Shown here one piece after another: positions 25,711 through 33,635 of a stretch of DNA of 57,701 bases. Position 1 is the first letter of the stretch; each line of letters opens with the position of its first letter. The translations under genes and the position numbers were made by a program. Origin of the DNA: Minisyncoccota bacterium (lineage in GTDB: Bacteria > Patescibacteriota > Minisyncoccia > Phycocordibacterales > PALSA-1337). The stretch lies in contig DATDYB010000010.1 of the NCBI GenBank assembly GCA_036517115.1, forward strand, positions 1-57,701. Direction: 5' to 3'. Under the pieces are notes generated by a model. It worked only from the letters and a program-made list of their open reading frames with translations. It did not search any database and was not told the origin of the DNA.

Positions 25711-26358
25711 ATGGCGATCACACCTACCAACAAAACTACTCAGGACTTTGTTCCCATAAAAGAAATCCGCGACGGCGTGGTTATTCTTAAAGACGGATCG
25801 ATGCGCTCGATCATTTTGGCATCATCACTCAACTTTGCCCTTAAGTCGCAAGATGAACAAACGTCAATCATTCTCCAGTTCCAGAATTTTCTTAACTCTC
25901 TCGATTTCAGCGTACAAATCTTCATCCAATCAAAAAAGCTCGATATTCGGCCATACATAGCCATTCTCGAAGACCGCTATAAGGAACAAGTAGGGGAGCT
26001 CATGAAAATCCAGACCCGGGAATACATCGAATTCATCAAGACCTTCACTGAAAACTCCAATATCATGTCAAAGAGTTTCTTTGTGGTTATACCTTTCACC
26101 CCTTCAGTGATCCAGGGTAAAGGAGACTTAGTAGGGAAAGTGTTTGGGAAGAAAACCGACAAAAAGAAAGAAGCTGAAGTGAAAATAGAAGACTTCGAGG
26201 AAAACAAAAGCCAACTAGAGCAGCGTATGTCGGTAGTTGAGCAGGGACTGGTGCGTTGCGGTATCAGAGTGGCGCAGCTTGGAACAGAAGAGATTGTGGA
26301 GTTATTCTATAAAATCTTCAATCCGGGAGATTTGGAGAAACCGATGCAGGTTAATTAA
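25711..26358 (+). CDS. VirB4 N-terminal-domain-like protein (no ATPase domain)
   Basis: TTQDFVPIKEIRDGVVILKDGSMRSIILASSLNFALKSQDEQ... resembles the N-domain of Gram-positive-type VirB4/TraE proteins. 215 aa. Confidence 0.5.
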   Translation: MAITPTNKTTQDFVPIKEIRDGVVILKDGSMRSIILASSLNFALKSQDEQTSIILQFQNFLNSLDFSVQIFIQSKKLDIRPYIAILEDRYKEQVGELMKIQTREYIEFIKTFTENSNIMSKSFFVVIPFTPSVIQGKGDLVGKVFGKKTDKKKEAEVKIEDFEENKSQLEQRMSVVEQGLVRCGIRVAQLGTEEIVELFYKIFNPGDLEKPMQVN

Positions 26359-26365
26359 TTATCAT

Positions 26366-28174
26366 ATGAGTATTTTTGGAAAATTATTTGGCAAAGGCGA
26401 AAAGCAGCCCGAAATAACCTCAATTTTGCCACAGGAGATTTATGAAGCGGGTATTCTTGAGCTCAAAGATGTTATCGCACCTTCTGCATTAAAAGTATCA
26501 CCACGGGAGCTCAACTTGGGAGAGAAGATCGCCCGAACCTTTTTTGTCATTTCATATCCACGCTATCTGTCAGAGAGCTGGTTCGCACCCATCATCAACC
26601 TCGACAAGGTATTTAATATTTCTATCTTCGTCCACCCTGTCGAGACGGCGAAAATACTCCGTCATTTTCAAAAAAAGGTGGCCGAGGTACAAAGCCAGAT
26701 CAACATCAGGGAGGAGAAGGGCCTGGTGCGGGACCCTATGCTTGATACTGCCTACCAAGACCTCGAAAGCTTGCGCGACAATCTCATGCAAGCCCAGGAA
26801 AAAATCTTCGATGTGGGAGTATACATCACTATTTATGGCGATAACGACAGCGAGCTTGATAAAATCGAGTCTGAAATTAAATCCATCCTTGAATCAAAAT
26901 TAGTGTACCTAAAGCCGGCCCTGTTTCAACAGGAGCAAGGCTATCGTAGCGCGCTACCTATTGCTTCCGATGAACTGGGGGTGCACTCAAAGCTTAATTC
27001 ATCACCACTATCAAGCCTTTTTCCGTTCGTATCGTTTGACCTTACCTCGGACAAAGGAATTCTCTACGGCATCAACCGGCACAATTCAAGTCTCGTACTC
27101 TTTGACCGATTTTTGCTCGAAAACTACAATTCAGTGACGTTTGCTAAAGCTGGATCAGGAAAATCATACGCCACCAAGCTCGAAATTCTCCGCACGCTCA
27201 TGTTCGATACAGAAGTGATCGTTATCGACCCGGAACGTGAGTATGAGTACATGGCTGAAGCAACAGGAGGCAAGTATTTCAATATTTCCCTTAACTCTGA
27301 ACACCACATCAACCCCTTCGACCTCCCAACTCCACGGGAAGGTGAGTCTGGCTCGGATATTCTCCGATCAAACATCATTAACCTCGTGGGTCTTTTCCGC
27401 ATCATGCTCGGAGGGCTCACCCAGGAAGAAGACGCGATCATCGACCGTGCTATTACCGAAACATACGCACTCAAAGACATCACTCCCGATTCCGATTTCA
27501 CCACCGCCGAGCCACCGCTCATGTCCGACTTTGAGCTGGTGCTTGCCGGCATGGAAGGAGGGGAGTCACTTGTACAGCGTCTTACTAAATACACTAAAGG
27601 AACATGGGCTGGGTTCATTAACCGACCTACCAATGTAGACATCAACAAAAAGTTCGTGGTATTTTCGCTTCGAGATATGGAAGATGAGCTGAAACCAGTC
27701 GCTATGTACATCGTCACCCACTACATATGGAACGCAATCCGAAAAAACCTAAAGAAACGACTTCTTGTTATCGATGAGGCGTGGTGGATGATGAAGTCTG
27801 AAGACACCGCTTCATTCCTCTTAGGGTTGGCGAAACGAGGCCGAAAATATTATTTGGGACTGGCGACCATTACCCAGGACGTTGACGATTTCCTTAAATC
27901 TCCTTACGGATTGCCGATTATCACCAACTCATCGATCCAGGTGCTTCTTAAACAATCCCCGTCGTCAATCGACATTATTCAAAAAACCTTCAACCTCACC
28001 GATGAAGAAAAATATCTGCTCCTTGAGTCAGACATCGGAGAGGGAATATTCTTCGTGGGCATGAAGCACGTGGCCATCAAAATCATTGCTTCATACACCG
28101 AAGATCAGATTATTACCACCAATCCATCTCAAATTTTGGAAATTAAGAAAGCCAAGCAGGAACTTGCAGGCTAA
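26366..28174 (+). CDS. virB4: VirB4/TraC-family T4SS ATPase
   Basis: Own N-domain (ILELKDVIAPSALKVSPRELNLGEKIARTFFVISYPRYL), Walker A AKAGSGKSYATK, Walker B LLVIDEAWWMM, and ITQDVDDF. ATG26366. Confidence 0.88.
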   Translation: MSIFGKLFGKGEKQPEITSILPQEIYEAGILELKDVIAPSALKVSPRELNLGEKIARTFFVISYPRYLSESWFAPIINLDKVFNISIFVHPVETAKILRHFQKKVAEVQSQINIREEKGLVRDPMLDTAYQDLESLRDNLMQAQEKIFDVGVYITIYGDNDSELDKIESEIKSILESKLVYLKPALFQQEQGYRSALPIASDELGVHSKLNSSPLSSLFPFVSFDLTSDKGILYGINRHNSSLVLFDRFLLENYNSVTFAKAGSGKSYATKLEILRTLMFDTEVIVIDPEREYEYMAEATGGKYFNISLNSEHHINPFDLPTPREGESGSDILRSNIINLVGLFRIMLGGLTQEEDAIIDRAITETYALKDITPDSDFTTAEPPLMSDFELVLAGMEGGESLVQRLTKYTKGTWAGFINRPTNVDINKKFVVFSLRDMEDELKPVAMYIVTHYIWNAIRKNLKKRLLVIDEAWWMMKSEDTASFLLGLAKRGRKYYLGLATITQDVDDFLKSPYGLPIITNSSIQVLLKQSPSSIDIIQKTFNLTDEEKYLLLESDIGEGIFFVGMKHVAIKIIASYTEDQIITTNPSQILEIKKAKQELAG

Positions 28175-28180
28175 ATTATT

Positions 28181-28591
28181 ATGAAAATGGGCAAAACGGA
28201 ATGGCACTTTCTTATCGGTGCGGCGGTCACGGTGGACCTCATGCAAGCTATGCTTGATTTCTTCGGCATTGGCCTCGTCATTAATCGTTTTATTGATATT
28301 GTTGTAGGCATGGCGTTACCCTTCTACCTTTCCATCCGCGGAGTAAAAATGACCGGTAGGCGTGTCGGAAGCATCATCGGCGCCTTTATTCTAGAGGAAA
28401 TACCTGGCATCGATGCATTACCTTTGTGGACAGCCGACGTACTATATATATACGCCACAGTTAGAGCGGAAGAAAAGGGAGAAGAAGTCAAAAAAGCAAC
28501 TTTAGACAAAATCAAATCGATCAAAAAACCGAATTTTGATCACAAAAGAGAGGATAACACCCTCAATCTTAGAGAGTCGGAAGTGGAGTAG
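28181..28591 (+). CDS. small three-TM membrane protein
   Basis: Hydrophobic helices and operon context. Confidence 0.6.
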   Translation: MKMGKTEWHFLIGAAVTVDLMQAMLDFFGIGLVINRFIDIVVGMALPFYLSIRGVKMTGRRVGSIIGAFILEEIPGIDALPLWTADVLYIYATVRAEEKGEEVKKATLDKIKSIKKPNFDHKREDNTLNLRESEVE

Positions 28592-28595
28592 TAAA

Positions 28596-28706
28596 AGCGC
28601 TCCGCAATCGGGCAAAAAAGAGACCGGATAATTTTTCTGGTGAAAAATTTCCTAGGACTCCGCGCCGCCGCGCTACGTAGTCTCTTTTTTGCCCGATTGC
28701 TGCGCT
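28596..28706. repeat. long hairpin (27-29-bp imperfect arms) enclosing a motif shared with the tRNA-Lys locus
   Basis: Arms AGCGCTCCGCAATCGGGCAAAAAAGAGAC (28596-28624) / GTCTCTTTTTTGCCCGATTGCTGCGCT (28680-28706). The loop motif GGATAATTTTTCTGGTGAAAAATTTCC..CCGCGCCGCCGCGCT recurs at 52529-52580. Confidence 0.75.
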
Positions 28707-28803
28707 CTACGACTGAGCTGCTGCAGGGGTTCGAGAAAAGTTTGTTGCTTCGCGCGCTTTATTAACACTTTCTCCACAGCATAGTGTGGTAAAATAGCCA
28801 TTA

Positions 28804-29829
28804 ATGCTAACACTATTCTTTAAATCTACAACGATAGTGTTCCTCTTTGCGGCAATGATTGGGATTGCCCATGCACAGTTTCAAATCCCCAACTCTGCCG
28901 CCGATGTGGCAATCTCCATAAGTCCCTCAAGCCCACGACCTAACCAAGAAGTTACTATTTCTTTACATTCAAGCGCGATTGACCTCAATAACGCCACAAT
29001 ATCTTGGTATCTTAGCGGCAAGCTTTTAAAGCAGGGAATTGGACAGAAAACCACAACGGTTACCACTTCTTCGACTGGGGGTGCCGCTCTTGTTGAAGCA
29101 GTGATGCGCACCAAAGAAGGCGTCACCGTACGCAAACAAATTTCCATCAAGCCAGCTGAAGTGGACCTGATATGGGAAGCGAACACCTACACACCGCCTT
29201 TGTACCGAGGCAAGGCCCTCTTCACCCCGCAAGCAAGTGTACACATTGTCGCTATTCCTCATCTCACCAACCAAAGCGGACAGAAAATCGATCCTGCCAC
29301 CCTTACATATACCTGGAAGCAGGACTCTAGAATCTTGGGCACGGAATCGGGTCGAGGCAAAAGTAGTCTATCTGTCCGAGGCACTATGCTACTCAAACCT
29401 TTAGTGGTGAGTGTAGAGGTAACGAGCCCCGACAGCACTCTTTCTGCTGCGGATAGTATTGAGCTCGATGCCTTGAATCCTACAGTCTCTGTCTACACCG
29501 ACAATCCTTTGTACGGAATCTTGTATAATAGAGCACTCCGGGACACCTTCAGGCTTGAAGGCAACGAGTCGAGACTCATTGCCGTTCCGTTTAATTTTTC
29601 TGGAAAAAGTCGAAACGCTTCCAACCTTTCCTATAACTGGAGCGTGAACGGGGAAGATGCTTCGTACGATCCAGCAGACCCGAGCACCATCACTCTTCGT
29701 CACGAAGGAGAGGGGAGTGGAAACTCCATCGTTTCTGTCTCCGTTGGAAACACGCGAGAGATTATGCAGAAAACATCGGGCCGATTCGAAGTATTCTTTG
29801 GAGGTATGACGAAAACTCCATCTTTTTAA
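28804..29829 (+). CDS. secreted hypothetical protein
   Basis: Signal peptide (TIVFLFAAMIGIAHAQ) and a beta-rich sequence. Confidence 0.65.
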   Translation: MLTLFFKSTTIVFLFAAMIGIAHAQFQIPNSAADVAISISPSSPRPNQEVTISLHSSAIDLNNATISWYLSGKLLKQGIGQKTTTVTTSSTGGAALVEAVMRTKEGVTVRKQISIKPAEVDLIWEANTYTPPLYRGKALFTPQASVHIVAIPHLTNQSGQKIDPATLTYTWKQDSRILGTESGRGKSSLSVRGTMLLKPLVVSVEVTSPDSTLSAADSIELDALNPTVSVYTDNPLYGILYNRALRDTFRLEGNESRLIAVPFNFSGKSRNASNLSYNWSVNGEDASYDPADPSTITLRHEGEGSGNSIVSVSVGNTREIMQKTSGRFEVFFGGMTKTPSF

Positions 29830-29833
29830 TTAT

Positions 29834-30934
29834 ATGAAGTATACTCCACACATTATTATCGCTACCATCCTTTCCTTTGTTGCACGGTACGCTAACGCTC
29901 AAGAAGCTCCTTTTATTGGAAGAGGTCTTGATTCTGGAGCGTACAACTTACTCACACCCTTACCGGGCCTCGGCCCGAAAGTGACGGAACTGTCCGACTA
30001 TCTCCAGGCAATGTTCAACATTGGCCTCGGCTTGGCCGCAGTCTTCGCTGTGGTCATGATCGTGTATGGCGGCTTTGAATATATCTGGTCCGCCACCCCT
30101 TTTGGTAAGAGTACTGGAAAACAGAAAATCCAAGAGGCGCTCATCGGCCTCGCTATGGCCTTTGGAGCAGTACTCATTCTTCAGACCATTGACCCGAACT
30201 TAACAAAATTTAGTTTGAAAATTGACCCACTCCGAGTCAACATCAAGCCAGCAGCAACAAGAAACGACCAGATCGACCAGCTATATATTAGGCTCGGACA
30301 AGAAGCAAAAGTAGAGCGACAAGCATATGATGAGTTTGTAAAGCAGGCAAACGCAAAAAAAGCTGAGGCCGAGCAGCTACGAACGACCGGACAAACTCCA
30401 GAAGAGCGGGCAGCAAATGAAGAAAGAGCGAAACAGATCGACAGAGAGGTTGTTGCCATTGAAAAAGCCGCTCGAGAAAAATACATAAAGAGCTTATACG
30501 AGACTAACATCAAAAGTAGTTACCAAGTTGCCATCAACGAAAACACCCCCGAAGGATCGGCTAGAGCAAGAGATAATATGCTTAGACAATACCGCATTCT
30601 GACTGATGAGTTAAGGGCGACCAACGCCGATCCTGAATTGATACAAAATCTTCAACTGGAAACAAATTTTAGGATCTACGCTCTAGATACCAAGATTGAA
30701 GCGGATAAAATTGGATCTATCGGCACCGCTTTCCTTAACTCAACAGGTGGTACTTTTAGAGGGGAGATCGCTAAACTGAAAGAGATTGATAAAAAAGTGG
30801 ACACTCGATACGCGTCAGCAAAAGTTAGAAACCCTGAGTCTGCTGAACAGATTAAAAACGACACCAAAGGCATCATTCAAGCTAATATTAACCTTATAAA
30901 AACACGGTGTGGTAAATTCTGTGAAAACGAATGA
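29834..30934 (+). CDS. T4SS-pilin-like (VirB2/TrbC-like) domain fused to a long coiled-coil
   Basis: Signal, then NLLTPLPGL...YLQAMFNIGLGLAAVFAVVMIVYGGFEYIWS...ALIGLAMAFGAVLILQTI (two-TM pilin-like module), then ~230 aa of charged helical sequence. Confidence 0.55.
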   Translation: MKYTPHIIIATILSFVARYANAQEAPFIGRGLDSGAYNLLTPLPGLGPKVTELSDYLQAMFNIGLGLAAVFAVVMIVYGGFEYIWSATPFGKSTGKQKIQEALIGLAMAFGAVLILQTIDPNLTKFSLKIDPLRVNIKPAATRNDQIDQLYIRLGQEAKVERQAYDEFVKQANAKKAEAEQLRTTGQTPEERAANEERAKQIDREVVAIEKAAREKYIKSLYETNIKSSYQVAINENTPEGSARARDNMLRQYRILTDELRATNADPELIQNLQLETNFRIYALDTKIEADKIGSIGTAFLNSTGGTFRGEIAKLKEIDKKVDTRYASAKVRNPESAEQIKNDTKGIIQANINLIKTRCGKFCENE

Positions 30935-32190
30935 TTATGCAAAAACGTTCTTTTATCATCACAATAATAGTACTAATAATCGTTGTGGGTGGTATTGCCG
31001 GCTTCTTTTATCTGTATATCAACAAAGGTGTTCCTGAAGCTGGTACAGGCGCGAACGCCACTGACCGTAATTTATTTCCTTTCGGCACCGGTGTAGCAAA
31101 GCCTTCACAAAACGGAACCATCACCGCCACATCGTCCGGTGTGACTGTTGCGACAACCAACATTGCCTTTTCATCATCACTCCGCCAGCTAAGCCTCGTG
31201 CCGGTGGCTGGGGCGACAGCATTTTTAACTGGAAGTACAACCATCATCCGCTACATGGAGCGCGGCACCGGCCATATCTATGAACAAGAAGGTGAATCAC
31301 TAACTCAGACCAGAATCTCCAACAAAACGATTCCAAAGGTATACAACACCTTCTGGGGTAATAACGGCAACAGCATGATACTCCGATTTGTTGATGGTGA
31401 TATTATAAAAACATACGCTGCAGAGCTCTCAACACCTAAGACAGGCATCGTTGACCCCAAAGCTAAAGAAGTAAGCGGATCCTTTCTTATACAAAATATT
31501 AAAGATGTAGCACTCTCACCTCTAAAAGGCCGGATGTTGTATTTCACCACTGACGGCAGTGAAAGTGTGGGAGTAGTTGCTCCGCTCACTGGCAGGGGAC
31601 CTGCGACGGTGTTTACTTCTCCATTTAGGGAATGGCAGATCGATTGGCCAAAAGAGAACTTCATCACACTCACCACCAAACCTTCTGGCCTCTACCAAGG
31701 CGTTGCCTATACTCTTAACCCTGACACAAAAACGCTGACTAAGCTTATTGATCGTATTTTTGGACTCACGATTAAAGCAAATTCCACTGGAACCATGTTC
31801 TTGTATTCGAACTCTGATCGCCAAAGAGAGAGTCTAAGTCTGAATCTCTTCCGGTTGGGGAGCGGCGAGCAGAGCGAGCTTTTAATCAGAACTCTCCCTG
31901 AAAAATGTGTATGGTCGGTAAAGGAGGCTACTGTTGTGTACTGCGCCGCTCCTTCAGCTGTTTCTCCAGCCCTCTACCCAGACGCCTGGTATCAAGGAAA
32001 TGTCGCATTCTCTGACCACATCTGGAAGTTCGACACGACGACAGAAACATTAAGCAGAATGGCGGATTTACAGACTCTGACTAACCTAGACATTGACGCC
32101 ACTGATCTCACCCTCTCTCCAAAGGAAGACTATCTTCTATTTACCAATAAAAATGATCTGACGTTGTGGATGTTGAAACTTACTAAATAG
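30931..32190 (+). CDS. membrane-anchored hypothetical protein (beta-propeller-like)
   Basis: N-terminal TM and ATGA overlap with the upstream gene. Last gene of the operon. Confidence 0.65.
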   Translation: MIMQKRSFIITIIVLIIVVGGIAGFFYLYINKGVPEAGTGANATDRNLFPFGTGVAKPSQNGTITATSSGVTVATTNIAFSSSLRQLSLVPVAGATAFLTGSTTIIRYMERGTGHIYEQEGESLTQTRISNKTIPKVYNTFWGNNGNSMILRFVDGDIIKTYAAELSTPKTGIVDPKAKEVSGSFLIQNIKDVALSPLKGRMLYFTTDGSESVGVVAPLTGRGPATVFTSPFREWQIDWPKENFITLTTKPSGLYQGVAYTLNPDTKTLTKLIDRIFGLTIKANSTGTMFLYSNSDRQRESLSLNLFRLGSGEQSELLIRTLPEKCVWSVKEATVVYCAAPSAVSPALYPDAWYQGNVAFSDHIWKFDTTTETLSRMADLQTLTNLDIDATDLTLSPKEDYLLFTNKNDLTLWMLKLTK

Positions 32191-32908
32191 TTTTGTTGTT
32201 TTTAAGAGTTTTTCTTATATATAGTTCCTGACCGATGGCAAAAAGGTTGCTCACCGTCCAATATAGGGCGATTACTGAAGAGATTCCATATGAGATGAAG
32301 AATACTACTACGGGCAACATATACCGCATTTGGAGACTCATGGTGCGAGCGAGATCGTCTTTGAATGTAGGGTTCTCGGTTTTCTTGGGAACGATAGGCA
32401 TTGAATACCTGATTTGAAAATACTGAGTGGCCCCAGCAAGCAATGAAAGAATGATGCTCTTTTTTGCGATATCAACGAGGCCGATAAATTTCATATTTAT
32501 GAAATCTGGTATCGCTACAAATGAGTACAGGAGTTCTCCGTGCACGGAAGGCAACCCCCCGTTATAAAAAATAGAATAAAGAGCGAAAATGATCGGCAAC
32601 TGAATGAGAATAAGGAAAAAACCAGAGAATGGGTTGATACCTTTTTCCTTATAGAGAGCCATAATGGCCCGAGCTTGCTCTTGTTTGTCAGTATACTTTT
32701 GTTTAACCGCATTGAGTTCCGGCTCGATACGCTTCATCTCAAGCTGGGTCTTAACTGACCGGTAGGAGAGAGGAAAGAGGATAAGTTTAACAAGGATGGT
32801 AAAAATAATAACCGCCACCCCTGCATCAGCCCAGGGAATGACATCCATTAAAAAGATGAGGCCATTATAGAGCGGATCGTAAATTAACGTATGGTACATA
32901 GAGATCAT
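32183..32908 (-). CDS. yidC: YidC/Oxa1-family membrane insertase (short form)
   Basis: ...ILVKLILFPLS..SVKTQLEMKRIEPELNAVKQKY.D.QE..RAIMALYKEKGINPFSG... conserved YidC core. Confidence 0.9.
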   Translation of the reverse strand: MISMYHTLIYDPLYNGLIFLMDVIPWADAGVAVIIFTILVKLILFPLSYRSVKTQLEMKRIEPELNAVKQKYTDKQEQARAIMALYKEKGINPFSGFFLILIQLPIIFALYSIFYNGGLPSVHGELLYSFVAIPDFINMKFIGLVDIAKKSIILSLLAGATQYFQIRYSMPIVPKKTENPTFKDDLARTMSLQMRYMLPVVVFFISYGISSVIALYWTVSNLFAIGQELYIRKTLKNNKTI

Positions 32909-32923
32909 TGTATCGGGAGAATA

Positions 32924-33259
32924 CTACGAAAGCAATCGGGCTTTTTTAAACAACACTTCTAATTCGTGAGTGAGCGCAGTGAAAGACAGTGCTTCCACAC
33001 CTTTCTTGAGAGTGAGGGCAACATAGGGCGACTGGATAAGGCGGGGAGAGAGGTCACGGAGCACATGGGACACTCTTCGTTTTAGAACATTACGGACCAC
33101 CGCTTTTAAAGAAACTTTCTTGGGTACTACCACCGCAAACCGGAGGGACTTCTGCCCTGAGAGGACTTTCATTGAAAATAAAGGGGATTCAACCCTCAAG
33201 CCCGTCTGAAGGACTTTTTTTAAATTAGGAGTACCTATTCTTTGTTGTTTAGACAACAT
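32924..33259 (-). CDS. rnpA: ribonuclease P protein component
   Basis: Basic ~110-aa protein (FAVVVPKKVSLKAVVRNVLKRRV) in the canonical rpmH-rnpA-yidC order. The internal Met at 33259 avoids the rpmH terminator hairpin. Confidence 0.85.
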   Translation of the reverse strand: MLSKQQRIGTPNLKKVLQTGLRVESPLFSMKVLSGQKSLRFAVVVPKKVSLKAVVRNVLKRRVSHVLRDLSPRLIQSPYVALTLKKGVEALSFTALTHELEVLFKKARLLS

Positions 33260-33265
33260 ATAATG

Positions 33266-33290
33266 CGAAAACCCCCTCACAGAGAGGGGA
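33266..33290 (-). terminator. hairpin/attenuator between rpmH and rnpA
   Basis: On the minus strand, CCCCTC-TCTGT-GAGGGG followed by GTTTTCG. Confidence 0.6.
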
Positions 33291-33294
33291 TTTA

Positions 33295-33429
33295 TTATAC
33301 CGTCAGTCGCTTTCGGCCTTTTTGTCGTCGGCGTGCAACTGTTTTCTTGCCTCCGGCGCTACGCTTTCGTTTAAGGAAACCGTGCGTTCGAGATCGTTTT
33401 CTTTTTTTAGGTTTGTAGGTGAAGCTCAT
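33295..33429 (-). CDS. rpmH: 50S ribosomal protein L34
   Basis: Translated by eye as MSFTYKPKKRKRSRTHGFLKRKRSAGGKKTVARRRQKGRKRLTV (44 aa), below the track cutoff. Confidence 0.93.
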   Translation of the reverse strand: MSFTYKPKKRKRSRTHGFLKRKRSAGGKKTVARRRQKGRKRLTV

Positions 33430-33437
33430 GGTTGGTA

Positions 33438-33466
33438 AGTGTAAAGTTAAAAGTGAAAAATGTAAA
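33438..33466 (-). promoter_or_regulatory. conserved promoter cassette (TTTACA-17-TACACT) abutting the rpmH ATG
   Basis: The -35 is at 33466-33461 and the -10 at 33443-33438, with 8 nt to the ATG. The spacer sequence is shared with the cassettes at 49326 and 56782. Confidence 0.55.
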
Positions 33467-33635
33467 GTTAAAAAAATATTTCTGTGTTATAGGTTTCCAG
33501 TGCAGGTTTTAAGTTTTCCACAGGCTGTTCACACATTATAAACATATTCGTATGTTTTACACAAGTTCTATAAAATTTTAATCGGTATATACTATAAATT
33601 AATTACTCTCTTTAATTTTAACTAATACGTTTCAC

